From: Macrostomum lignano
Lineage: Eukaryota
Reading direction: 5' to 3'
Assembly (NCBI GenBank): GCA_002269645.1
Contig: NIVC01001886.1
Span: 115,128-179,127, forward strand
Length of the DNA: 64,000 bases
The number at the start of each line of letters is the position of its first letter. The first letter of the stretch is position 1. Made by a program: the position numbers and the translations under genes. Under the pieces are notes generated by a model. The model made no database searches, was not told the DNA's origin, and saw only the letters and a list, made by a program, of their open reading frames with translations. This document shows, piece after piece, positions 13,085-25,200 of this stretch.

Positions 13085-13288
13085 ATTATAATTAATTGAT
13101 TACACTTGCCCCAATTGGGCCAGATATGCAACCAACAGCTCAGCTGCAGCTTTTGTGTAGCACACCTGAAGGCTGAGTGGCTGGAGTGTCCTGATCAAAA
13201 ACATAAATTGTTCCGAGTGGGATCAGGAATCGAACCCCCAACCTATCTGTCGTGAGTCCGACGCTCTAACCACTAGACTACAGCCTCC
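13085..13288 (-). mobile_element. tRNA-derived SINE, copy lacking most of the CORE (same family as 61558-61866)
   Basis: Minus-strand head with A-box TAGTCTAGTGGTTAGAGCG and B-box GGTTCGATTCC; 3' part GCTGAGCTGT.GGTTGCA.ATCTG..ATTGGGGCAAGTG.AATCAATTA is shared with the 61.6-kb copy. Confidence 0.85.
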
Positions 13289-13300
13289 TTTATCGCATAG

Positions 13301-14906
13301 GATGCCATAAACTTAATTTGGGTCTTGTGCACAAACATTTGTCAGAGAGAAGGATAAATCACCAGCTACACCGCAATGCACTACTTACAGAGCCCGCTGT
13401 CGCGCCCACCCGAGTCAGGTTGATGTCTGACTGGCACCGCCGCGGTGGCGGCCAGTCGCCAACTGGATGCGCCTGCATCCTGTCTATTGGCGGCGTTGGC
13501 TGCGCACTGCTGCTTGGCAGCGCCCACCCGCTGGTTAGCCTGGCCATCTGCCTGGCCGCTCCAGCTGGTTTCTACATTGCTATCAGGCGACTGCGAGCCA
13601 GCCGGACCAGATGCCCGGCCTTGTTTGCCGTCACCTGTGCCACTGTCCTTCTTGCCTATCTCTGTGTGGCTGTCATAACTGCTATTCTGCGAGTTGTCCT
13701 ACTATGGGAGCATATGTCTTTAAATCTATTGTGGATTCTTACCTGCTTATCAATTAGGCAAACTCGTACCGCTTCGTTGCTAGGATCTATAGACGATTCT
13801 GTTGAATCTGGTCACGGCGACACTGGCGGCGGCAGCGAAGGTGGAGGAGCCGACGTGTGCTCAATATGCGAGCGGTCTATTCAGCATTTGGATCACCACT
13901 GTTGGTGGCTGGACTGCTGTATTGGCAGGCCTAATCGTCGATCATATTTGATCACGTTGATTCTCTGCATAGCAACTGGTTGCTATGGCATTCTATTAAC
14001 AACTACGTCTATATGCACGCCTGCCATTTACATGGACTGGTAGGTTATTTAAGTTTAGTTAAATAATCTCTTAATTCTATGAATGACACCCATATAATTC
14101 CTTTGAACTTCCATCTACTAGTCTTAAATAATAGCTCGTAACTTACTAGTCCCTTGAATAATCCTTTTCGGTGGATAATCCCTGGATAATCCCTAGATAA
14201 TCCATTGGATAATCCCTAGATAATACATTGGATAATCCCTAGATAATACATTGGATAATCCCTAGATAATCCATTGGAGAATCCCTAGATAATCCATTGG
14301 ATAATCCCTAGATAATCCCTAACTAGTCCCTTGAATGATCTCTAGATAACCCCTTGGATTATCCCTAGAAATTCCTTGTATAATCCCTAGATAATCCCAA
14401 ACTAGTTACTTGAATAATCCCGCCCAAGATCCCTAATTAATCCTTCATTAGCCGCTCAGTCCCTTCACTGTGATAATCTCTTTATGTATTATTTTGGAAG
14501 TCTCAATTTATTTCGATCTCTGGTAGTTTTGTTGATAGATTTTTATTCCAATCAGGCCGCTTGAGTTCGTAGATAATTATTATCTGGTTATCGACTCAAA
14601 GCCGATTAACTCGAAACGCTAATCCGCAGGTTCCTGCTGCCGGCAGACTGCAGATTTCTTTATTACGACGGTCTTCATTCGTTTGCCGTCAGCGGCTGCG
14701 CCTTAGTGTTAACGTGCGCAATCTTGCTTCTGTGTGAATTAATTCTGCAGCTGACGCTTATCACGGCCGGTGCTACCTGGCACGAACTGTCGCGTAGCAG
14801 TTCCAGTACGTTCGACATGCTGCTGACTCTGATGTCCCGCCTGACGCGTCGGCATGTTGGCGTTTGCGCGACCGCTTGGCTTGACCTTTGCTGTCATTGG
14901 CGATGA
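13301..14906 (+). CDS. ZDHHC23: DHHC palmitoyltransferase, ZDHHC23-like; exons 13301-14039 and 14630-14906; 5' end uncertain
   Basis: CSICERSIQHLDHHCWWLDCCIG motif with flanking hydrophobic helices. Donor TG|GTAGGT at 14039 and acceptor CGCAG|G at 14630 join in frame (YMDW-FLLPADCRFLYYD..LQLTLITAGATWHE). Subfamily call is from recalled similarity. Confidence 0.8.
14168..14400. repeat. 23-bp composite minisatellite (GATAATCCCTA/GATAATCCATTG)
   Basis: Alternating 11- and 12-bp subunits inside the ZDHHC intron. Confidence 0.85.
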
Positions 14907-15017
14907 CTTCAACAAGTTCTTGAATCTGTGCCACTGTGAAGTCTGTCTGTCTTCTGTTGTCGGCGACCTCATCTTTATCACTTGTATTCAGGTGAGCAGG
15001 GGTTCGGGGATTTCGGT

Positions 15018-15350
15018 GTAGGGTGTGTTCAGAGGGTGACTGAGTGGTAGGGTGTGTTCAGAGGGTGACTGAGTGGTAGGGTGTGTTCAGAGGGTGACTG
15101 AGTGGTAGGGTGTGTTCAGAGGGTGACTGCGTGGTAGGGTGTGTTCAGGGGGTGACTGAGTGGTACGGTGTGTTCAGAGGGTGACTGAGTGGTACGGTGT
15201 GTTCAGAGGGTGACTGAGTGGTACGGTGTGTTCAGAGGGTGACTGAGTGGTACGGTGTGTTCAGAGGGTGACTGAGGGGTAGGGTGTGTTCAGGGGGTGA
15301 TTGAGGGGTAGGGTGTGTTCAGGGGGTGACTGATGGGTAGGGTGTGTTCA
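15018..15350. repeat. 29-bp minisatellite (GGGTGTGTTCAGAGGGTGACTGAGTGGTA)n
   Basis: About 11 tandem units. Confidence 0.93.
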
Positions 15351-16092
15351 GGGGTGAATAAGGGGTAGAGCGGGTTCAGGGAATCACTGAAGGGTAGGGT
15401 GTGTTGATTGAAGTAAAGTGGCTAATTAATTAGCAATAACACACAATTACATTGCTTTATGGTCTTAATTCTAGCTAGCTAGATCGTACAAATTAACATT
15501 GAGAGCCCTTCACCTATATTTATTTACTTTAGCCCAGCTCAAAGCAGTGTAGAGAAACGGGTTGCCTAAAAATAGCTATGCATTATTATTTCTGAGTGAG
15601 CACGTTCGCAATTCTATTATCATGAAAGTCTCTATTGACATAGAGTGCGATAAAGGTAAGCTTTAGGCATAGACCTGGCTAGATAGATCGATCGTGCAAC
15701 GGAGACAGTGTATCTGATTCAGAATTGATTACCAATCTAATTATTTCAGACAGTCGCTTATCTTCCAACTGATTCTCCAGTCGAGACAATTACATAATAA
15801 ACTAAAAGTTGTATGTAATATCTCAGCTAGTCCGATGCCCGCTAGCGGGTTAATATCGTATTATACTAGTATATTAAATGATTTTCGCATGCTTCCTTTA
15901 ACTTTGGCTACCTTGCTCTACTGTGTATTTGATGCTTTCTAATTGAAGGTCGAAGTGTGTTACCCCACACATCTAGCTTGCTTGCTAACAATCCGGCTTA
16001 AGAGTGTGTATATTCATACTGTATTAATACCAAAATGATTGCTTATTTTTACTATCTATAATGACTTTCAATTGCACCCAGTATATACCATT

Positions 16093-16859
16093 TTGCAATC
16101 TAGTTGGGATAGAAAATCCTTCGCTTTCGCGAGTCCGCTCACCTAGCTGAGCTGAAAGCCATAGACATCGTGTAGAAATACTGCAACCAGTTTGGCCAAA
16201 ACTGCGATCAAGTTGGCCAGGGATAGGAAAGCCATAGACATTGTGTAAAAATACTGCAACCAGTTTGGCCAAAACTGCGATCAAGTTGGCCAGGGATAGG
16301 AAAGCCATAGACATTGTGTAAAAATACTGCAACCAGTTTGGCCAAAACTGCGATCAAGTTGGCCAGGGATAGGAAAGCCATAGACATCGTGTAGAAATAC
16401 TGCAACCAGTTTGGCCAAAACTGCGATCAAGTTGGCCAAGGATAGGAAAGCCATAGACATTGTGTAGAAATACTGCAACCAGTTTTGCCAAAACTGCGAT
16501 CAAGTTGGCCAATGCAATACAACACTTGAACATCAAACAGCTTGAATTAGATAGGGCGCGTGAAAATTTGTCAATCGGTCCATTAGCACCGCTGGATGTA
16601 GGTCTGATTGTAGTTTACCCACTGAATGCACTTTAGTGGAGTGATGACAGCACTAGCCATTCAGTGCCTTTTGGGCCGTTGACAAGTTATCTATGGCTAT
16701 AAGTTCAACTTGGAAGGCAATAGATCTCGGCCAACTTGATCGCAGTTTAGGCCATATTGGTTGCAGTATTTGTACACAATGTCTATGGCTTTCAGCTCGG
16801 CTGAGTGAGCGGACTCGCGGGAGCGAAGGATTTTCTATCTCTGGCCAAATTGATCGCAA
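16093..16859. mobile_element. Foldback-type element whose left arm holds a 73-bp tandem repeat (about 5 copies)
   Basis: 16107-16215 is inverted at ~16727-16838. The 73-bp unit GAAAGCCATAGACA..GTTGGCCAGGGATAG repeats over 16148-16512. No clear TSD. Confidence 0.7.
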
Positions 16860-17916
16860 TTAATTGACTTTGCTTAATTCGAAGGACTTGCCGCTTTTAG
16901 CGTGTGACAAAAACTATATGATTTTTTTCACCACAGGCCTGGATGCCGGTGACTGGCACGGATTTCAACTCGGGACTGGCTTGTCTCTGTCGAGTTTCTC
17001 AGTCAGAAATTTGTGTGCTGTCTATGGTCCAACCTGTCTTTGTTCTACATGTAGGCTTTCAACTCTGCGTACGCGTACCATGGACATTGATGCTGATCTC
17101 GCACGCTTACTCTATTTGTAGAATTTATCTTTAGAACTTTCCCGCCAATTAATAATAAATTCTCCCACATGGTGTAAACTACCGTAGAAAAATTTATTGC
17201 ATTTTAAAAAAGCAGAATTAGAATTTTAAATGAGTTTACGTTCACTTAATAGATACCATATAGATCAGTTATTCTTGACTTGGAACTTTCCAAGAAAATC
17301 ATTTCTGGGGGCTGGGTTTGCAACCGTAGCTTTTATTGGAACATTGATCTTTGCAAACTTCTTAAAAGTTCCTATCTCCGTGGCGTACTTTTCGCGGAGA
17401 TGCTCTTATGCTCTACTCTACACAGAATGTTTTGCAAGAAACAAGGTTTCCCATTCTATACTTAACGGCCCCTTTATCAGATGCTTATCTTTGTGCATGC
17501 AGCACCCGTTGGTTGTTAAAATTGCCCGCAGTAGGTTCTGTTTTGCAGTATTCTATTATATTCTTATTTGTAATGCTCGTAGTTAATACTGTGCAGAGTT
17601 TAATTATTAGTTATTAGCTACTTAGCGCATGCCTTTTTGATTGGTAGCAGTTAATTGTGCACTTCTTGGTGTGAGTATTGTGATTTTTCTTTTCATCTCT
17701 AGCCCGTGTTTTTATGCACAGCTAGAAGCATATTTTGCGTCAAATTTTAGTATCTATATAGCACTCTTAACATGGTTGCACCGTGTTTTTTTGCTGCTAA
17801 CTGATTCCACTTTCTCAATTTACTTCGCATGCTTTTCGCGACCTAAATTGTAGCGGCGTGTGACTGCTTTTTGTGATGGACAGATGTCCGAAATTAGATT
17901 AACTACCTTTCAGATG

Positions 17917-18975
17917 CTCGCCCTCTACCCACCTAGATAATCACCCTCTACCCACCTGGATAATCGCCCTCCACCCACCTGGATAATCGCCCTCTACCCA
18001 CCTGGATAATCACCCTCTACCCACCTGGATAATCGCCCTCCACCCACCTGGATAATCGCCCTCTACCCACCTGGATAATCGCCCTCTACCCACCTGGATA
18101 ATCGCCCTCCACCCACCTGGATAATCGCCCTACACCCACCTGGATAATCGCCCTCCACCCACCTGGATAATCACCCTCTACCCACCTGGATAATCGCCCT
18201 CCACCCACCTGGATAATCGCCCTCCACCCACTTAATAATCGCCCTCCACCCACCTGGATAATCGCCCTCTACCCACCTGGATAATCGCCCTCTACCCACC
18301 TGGATAATCGCCCTCTACCCACCTGGATAATCACCCTCTACCCACCTGGATAATCGCCCTCCACCCACCTGGATAATCGCCCTACACCCACCTGGATAAT
18401 CGCCCTCCACCCACCTGGATAATCGCCCTCCACCCACCTGGATAATCGCCCTCCACCCACCTGGATAATCGCCCTCCACCCACCTGGATAATCGCCCTCT
18501 ACCCACCTGGATAATCGCCCTCCACCCACCTGGATAATCGCCCTACACCCACCTGTATAATCACCCTCTACCCACCTGGATAATCGCCCTCCACCCACCT
18601 GGATAATCGCCCTCCACCCACCTGGATAATCGCCCTCTACCCACCTGGATAATCGCCCTCCACCCACCTGGATAATCGCCCTACACCCACCTGGATAATC
18701 GCCTTCCACCCACCTGGATAATCGCCCTCCACCCACCTGGATAATCACCCTCTACCCACCTGGATAATCGCCCTCCACCCACCTGGATAATCGCCCTCCA
18801 CCCACCTGGATAATCGCCCTCTACCCACCTGGATAATCGCCCTCCACCCACTTAATAATCGCCCTCCACCCACCTGGATAATCGCCCTCCACCCACTTAA
18901 TAATCGCCCTCCACCCCCTTAATAATCGCCCTCCACACTTGGATAATCGCCCTCCACCCACTTGGACACTCGCCC
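17917..18975. repeat. 23-bp minisatellite (ACCCACCTGGATAATCGCCCTCT)n
   Basis: About 46 units; 23-aa ORF period equals three units. Confidence 0.96.
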
Positions 18976-19459
18976 TCCACACTACTACTTTAAAGTCACT
19001 CTTTTGAACTCCCTCTAGAAGCATCTCACTGGAAAAGATGAGCTGTTTCTGAGGTGTGTGCTAGTGCTGGCTGTTGTGTGACACTGCTCAAAACGATCTG
19101 CTCTCTCACTCAGCCTAGTATTTAGTGTCAATGCCAAAGTCGCACAGCATAGCTTTGAGCTCGCTTGCTTCTATACCTTGAACTGAGCACCTGTTACTTA
19201 GACAATGCAAAGGCACACGAGCTAACCCGACTTTGAACTGCAATATAATTGATTTTTCCTTATCGGACAAATTATGAACGATGCGATTATTGTCTTGATC
19301 TCGGATTTTATTCTTATTTCTTTTCATCTCCATTTTGTCGCTTAGAAAGAAAGGCTTTTTGAGTTACTTAGGGCTCGTGTTACATATCTTATGATTAGGG
19401 TTTTAGCTAAAAAAGTACATTTACCTAATCTGGACACAACATTTCTCCCAGTCTACTAA

Positions 19460-20235
19460 GTGAGGCACTGCTGCCCCATTCCCAGTGTACTGAGTGAGTC
19501 ACTGCTGCCCCATTCCCAGTCTACTGAGTGAGTCACTGCTGCCCCATTCCCAGTCTGTCAGTGAGTCACTGCTGCCCCATTCCCAGTCTACTGAGTGAGT
19601 CACTGCTGCCCCATTCCCAGTGTACTGAGTGAGTCACTGCTGCCCCATTCCCAGTCTACTGAGTGAGTCACTGCTGCCCCATTCCCAGTCTGTCAGTGAG
19701 TCACTGCTGCCCCATTCCCAGTCTGTCAGTGAGTCACTGCTGCCCCATTCCCAGTCTGTCAGTAAGTCACTGCTGCCCCATTCCCAGTCTGTCAGTGAGT
19801 CACTGCTGCCCCATTCCCAGTCTACTGAGTGAGTCACTGCTGCCCCATTTCAGTCTGTCAGTGAGTCACTGCTGCCCCATTCCCAGTCTGTCAGTGAGTC
19901 ACTGCTGCCCCATTCCCAGTCTGTCAGTGAGTCACTGCTGCCCCATTCCCAGTCTGTCAGTGAGTCACTGCTGCCCCATTCCCAGTCTACTGAGTGAGTC
20001 ACTGCTGCCCCATTTCAGTCTGTCAGTGAGTCACTGCTGCCCCATTCCCAGTCTGTCAGTGAGTCACTGCTGCCCCATTCCCAGTCTGTCAGTGAGTCAC
20101 TGCTGCCTCATTTCAGTCTGTCAGTGAGTCACTGCTGCCCCATTCCCAGTCTGTCAGTGAGTCACTGCTGCCCCATTCCCAGTCTGTCAGTGTCTCACTG
20201 CTGCCCCATTCCCAGTCTGTCAGTGTGTCACTGCT
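19460..20235. repeat. 33/37-bp minisatellite (GAGTCACTGCTGCCCCATTCCCAGTCTGTCAGT)n
   Basis: About 23 tandem units. Confidence 0.95.
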
Positions 20236-22238
20236 GTCCTCATGGACATGGACAAACAGCACATGGTTTTTTGTATTTCACGATTTCAGGCTAAAATTAG
20301 CTTGCTAAAACTAAAATATTTCAAATAGCCAGTCTTCCCAAGTAACCAATGGATTAAAAGCATTGATTATTCGGACGAACAACGGGAGCAGCAATTGTAT
20401 GGCCCGAGCAACGAGCTGCATTCGTCAAAGATTTTAACGCAGTACTTCTGGCACTTTGTTGTTGCACCACGACTCCGCTGCTGTTCGGGATGCTGAATCG
20501 CTCGCTGGAGGAGAACAACGCCCGGCTGGACGGGGAAGAGCTTTGACCGAGCCGATGCACAATCTCTATTTTATGCCGCTTTGGTCGGAATACTCGTAAA
20601 ATTAGACTGCATTCTGATTGGCTAGAAGGTTTTGTGATTGGCTGGGTAGGATTTTGGCGATTTTTTATTGGCTGGGCGGATTTTTAGCAATTTCTGACTG
20701 ACTGGGTAGGATTTAGGCGATTTTTGATTGGATGAGATTTTGGCGATTTTTTATTTGCTGGGGGGGGTGGCTGCGCTTCTTAATAATTGACTGGAGTGGG
20801 TCTAAATGATTTCTAATTGGCTGGGTGGGTTTTACATGTAAGGTGCTTTCAATTTGATACAGTGGCTGCTGACGCACTAACGTACGAAAAGAGATTTTTG
20901 CTTTTTGCTCTGTAAATGCTGTTTCTCTGACTTCCAATTTGTTTTACTTTAGCAACATTTTCCGCTAATTTCAGGCATGCGAGCTACACATGCAAAGACC
21001 AAGTGGTAGTTTTGTTTATAAATATCTAACATCCATCTTGGGGATAGCCTCTTAAATGTCTTCCAGCTTCCATTATCATTTGCTGTTGCGACCCAAATAA
21101 TCGTTTCATTTTGTTTTATTAATAAACGGCTGGTTTAATCGTGTGATTATAAAAGATTCGCTATTTGAACTATTTAATCTGAAAACTATGGTAAAAAGTC
21201 TTCATTTAATTACCTTCATTTTCTATTAAATACTACTTAGTGGAAAGTAGATTAAAAGCGTATGCTTTATTTAAAACAAATAACGAAGTCAAGACCTTAG
21301 TAATTAATTAATTTTTCTGGGTGTACATGACGAATCATTTAATAGTAGCGGGTAATAGTAAAACAGAGAGTACTGTATTGGTAGCTTCTCATTTATTTAT
21401 TTTTTTTGCAGCTCAAGTACAGCAGTGCTCACGGGTTAGCTAGTAGTATAGGTAATATGTATAGATTATTTATAAGCACAGGCAGTTGGAGTGAATTATT
21501 TCATATAAGAAACTGGGGGAGCAAATTTGCCTACATTAGTAATAACAGTAGTAGATTCATTCTGCGGGAAAGGGAGGTGAAAGGCCGAGGGGCGGTTGAG
21601 AAAAGGCATGGCTCAGAAATTGTGTGCGCGTGTCTGCGTGTGTATGGACAGGACGGATTCAATAGTCCAGTATGGTGGATTAGAGGCGATGCGTGTGTAA
21701 TGATGATAATAACAATAAATCAAAATGGCACAAAGACTTGTAGGGGAACAGAGAGTGTAATCGGCAATTCTGTTATATTGTTATTAAGCCTATAAAAACA
21801 GTCAGTCAGCTGATGCGGTGCTGTGCAGATTTCAATTGCGATTAATTTGATGCTGCATCACAGACGTAAACGAGCTAACTGGCAGGTAAGCATATTGTGG
21901 ACAGGTAGGCACACTGGTGCGGAATATTAATTATAAACAGCTAATTCGCACTATGCGCACAGTATTGAACTCCGATTTTCGTTTACTATTGTTGAAAGCA
22001 CACGCGCTGTCTACATTGCAACTTATTCGGATAAAGATCCCTTTTTTATGCATACTACTGTTCCACTGTGAGTAGTAGAGCTTGAAAGTTTTTATTAATA
22101 ATAAACAAGAAAATTCAGCACCACAGGAGTACAGAAGAAATCGATCCCACCTCAGGATAGGGAAACTGGAGAGATGTCAGGTGTTAATTAACGAGTTGTC
22201 AGTTTTTTTAACAAAAAAGCCCAGCCAAGCCAATCGGG

Positions 22239-25200
22239 TCACTCTGAGCTAACCTGCGGCCTGCCGCTCACAGCGTCGGCCCGGCAGATCGGGCAGGTGC
22301 GATTGTGTCGCAGCCAGCGGTCAACGCAGCGCACGTGGAATTCGTGACCGCAGGCGAGGCCGCGCAGCTGCTGGCGGGGCTCGAACTCGGCCAGGCAGAC
22401 AACGCAGCTAGCCTGACGGCGAGTGTCCGACTGCCTGCGGCCAGGCTGGTAGCGATAGGCCGGCAGGCTTTCCAGCTCCTCTTTGGCGGCGCCGCGGGGC
22501 CGGCAGCCGCCTACTTGCGCGGCCAGGTGCAGCAAACTGTCCAGATTGCTAGGCTGATGCTGCAGCTGCTGCTGCTGCTGCTGATGATGCTGATGATGGC
22601 GGTGCTGTTGATGCGCCTGCTGTTGCGAATGCTGATGATGATGCAGCAGGTGCTGATGAAGATGATGCTGACTGTGCGCGCTGCCAGCCGCTGACGATGA
22701 AGCACCGGTGCCGGCAGTTGTGGAGGCTGCGTTGTCTAGCAAAGCCAGGAAATGCAACAGCAGGCCGGGATAGGGGGCCGGCGGGCAGCAGTAGTAGCCG
22801 GTGGGACCGCCCAGCTGGTAGGAGCCGGCCGGGTAGTACAGAGGGCCACCATAGTGCTGCTGCTGCTGCTGTTGCTGCTGCTGGTACACTAGCGAGCTGG
22901 TCAGGTAAGCACCCCCGAGCAAGTGTGCGCCGCTGCTGCCGCCGCTAGCTCCGCTGCCACCGCCAGCGGCTGCCGATGCTGCAACGGCGGCCGCGGAAGC
23001 AGCTGTAGCCGCGGCAGAAGCCGCAGCCGCCGCCGCAGCAGCAGCAGCAGCTGCCTGCTGTTGCTGTTGAAGCTGATGCCGCCTATGCTGCTGATACTGG
23101 AAGCCGGCTTCGTTGGCGTCCGCGACTGACGCTCCCGACATCATAGTGGCGGCGGGCAGGCCGGTCGGCTGGCGCTGATGAATCTGCTGCTGATATTGCT
23201 GTTGCTGCTGCTGCTGCTGTGTCAGTTGCTGATGATGTCGACGGCGTAGCTGAGGACTGCAATGGGGGTCAGAACACTACTATTAGTAATGGTATAGCTT
23301 GCTTATAGGGAGTTGTAGATACTGGATAAGTGGCTTTTTTAAGCGCCAGAAACGCACTACTATTTGGTAAATTGAAAACCAGGAAGCCAGCTGCACTGCT
23401 GACCCTTTCTAAACAACTGAGTCGCAGAAGCCTGCATACCCCCTGTTTACAGATCTACTACTATTTTTTGTGAATTGTCGATTCTAGGAAGAATAAGTTT
23501 ACCATAGCTCGTACAATGTGCCATTTTGGAGTGCTAGATGGGACGCTTTTTGGAGTGCTAGTTGGGACGCCATTTGGAGTGCTAGTTGGGACGCTTTTTG
23601 GAGTGCTAGTTGGGACGCTTTTTGGAGTGCTAGTTGGGACGCCATTTGGAGTGCTAGTTGGGACGCCATTCAGAGTGCTAGTTGGGACGCCATTTGGAGT
23701 GCTAGTTGGGACGCCATTTGGAGTGCTAGATGGGACGCTTTTTGGAGTGCTAGTTGGGACGCCATTTGGAGTGCTAGATGGGACGCTTTTTGGAGTGCTA
23801 GTTGGGACGCCATTTGGAGTGCTAGATGGGACGCTTTTTGGAGTGCTAGTTGGGACGCTTTTTGGAGTGCTAGTTGGGACGCCATTTGGAGTGCTAGTTG
23901 GGACGCCATTCAGAGTGCTAGTTGGGACGCCATTTGGAGTGCTAGTTGGGACGCCATTTGGAGTGCTAGATGGGACGCTTTTTGGAGTGCTAGTTGGGAC
24001 GCTTTTTGGAGTGCTAGTTGGGACGCCATTTGGAGTGCTAGTTGGGACGCCATTTGGAGTGCTAGTTGGGACGCCATTTGGAGTGCTAGTTGGGACGCCA
24101 TTCAGAGTGCTAGTTGGGACGCCATTTGGAGTGCTAGTTGGGACGCCATTCAGAGTGCTAGTTGGGACGCCATTTGGAGTGCTAGTTGGGAAGCCATTTG
24201 GAGTGCTAGTTGGGACGCCATTTGGAGTGCTAGTTGGGACGCCATTTGGAGTGCTAGTTGGGACGCCATTCAGAGTGCTAGTTGGGACGCCATTCAGAGT
24301 GCTAGTTGGGACGCCATTTGGAGTGCTAGTTGGGACGCCATTTGGAGTGCTAGTTGGGACGCCATTTGGAGTGCTAGTTGGGACGCCATTTGGAGTGCTA
24401 GTTGGGACGCCATTTGGAGTGCTAGTTGGGACGCCATTTGGAGTGCTAGTTGGGACGCCATTTGGAGTGCTAGTTGGGACGCCATTCAGAGTGCTAGTTG
24501 GGACGCCATTTGGAGTGCTAGTTGGGACGCCATTTGGAGTGCTAGTTGGGACGCCATTTGGAGTGCTAGTTGGGACGCCATTTGGAGTGCTAGTTGGGAC
24601 GCCATTTGGAGTGCTAGTTGGGACGCCATTCAGAGTGCTAGTTGGGACGCCATTTGGAGTGCTAGTTGGGACGCCATTTGGAGTGCTAGATGGGACGCTT
24701 TTTGGAGTGCTAGTTGGGACGCCATTTGGAGTGCTAGATGGGACGCTTTTTTGAGTGCTAGTTGGGACGCCATTTGGAGTGCTAGATGGGACGCTTTTTG
24801 GAGTGCTAGTTGGGACGCCATTTGGAGTGCTAGATGGGACGCTTTTTGGAGTGCTAGTTGGGACGCCATTTGGAGTGCTAGATGGGACGCTTTTTGGAGT
24901 GCTAGTTGGGACGCTTTTTGGAGTGCTAGTTGGGACGCCATTTGGAGTGCTAGTTGGGACGCCATTTGGAGTGCTAGTTGGGACGCCATTTGGAGTGCTA
25001 GTTGGGACGCCATTTGGAGTGCTAGTTGGGACGCCATTTGGAGTGCTAGTTGGGACGCCATTTGGAGTGCTAGTTGGGACGCCATTTGGAGTGCTAGTTG
25101 GGACGCCATTTGGAGTGCTAGTTGGGACGCCATTTGGAGTGCTAGTTGGGACGCCATTCAGAGTGCTGGTTGGGACGCCATTTGGAGTGCTGGTTGGGAC

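Noticed and set aside
16148-16512. 73-bp and other regular repeats as a CRISPR-like array
   Set aside because: Units are head-to-tail with no unique spacers, there are no cas genes, and the context is eukaryotic.
22305-23129. GC-rich antisense ORFs opposite real exons (also 28813-29154, 40655-41023, 46855-48843)
   Set aside because: Shadow frames of GC-rich coding sequence.
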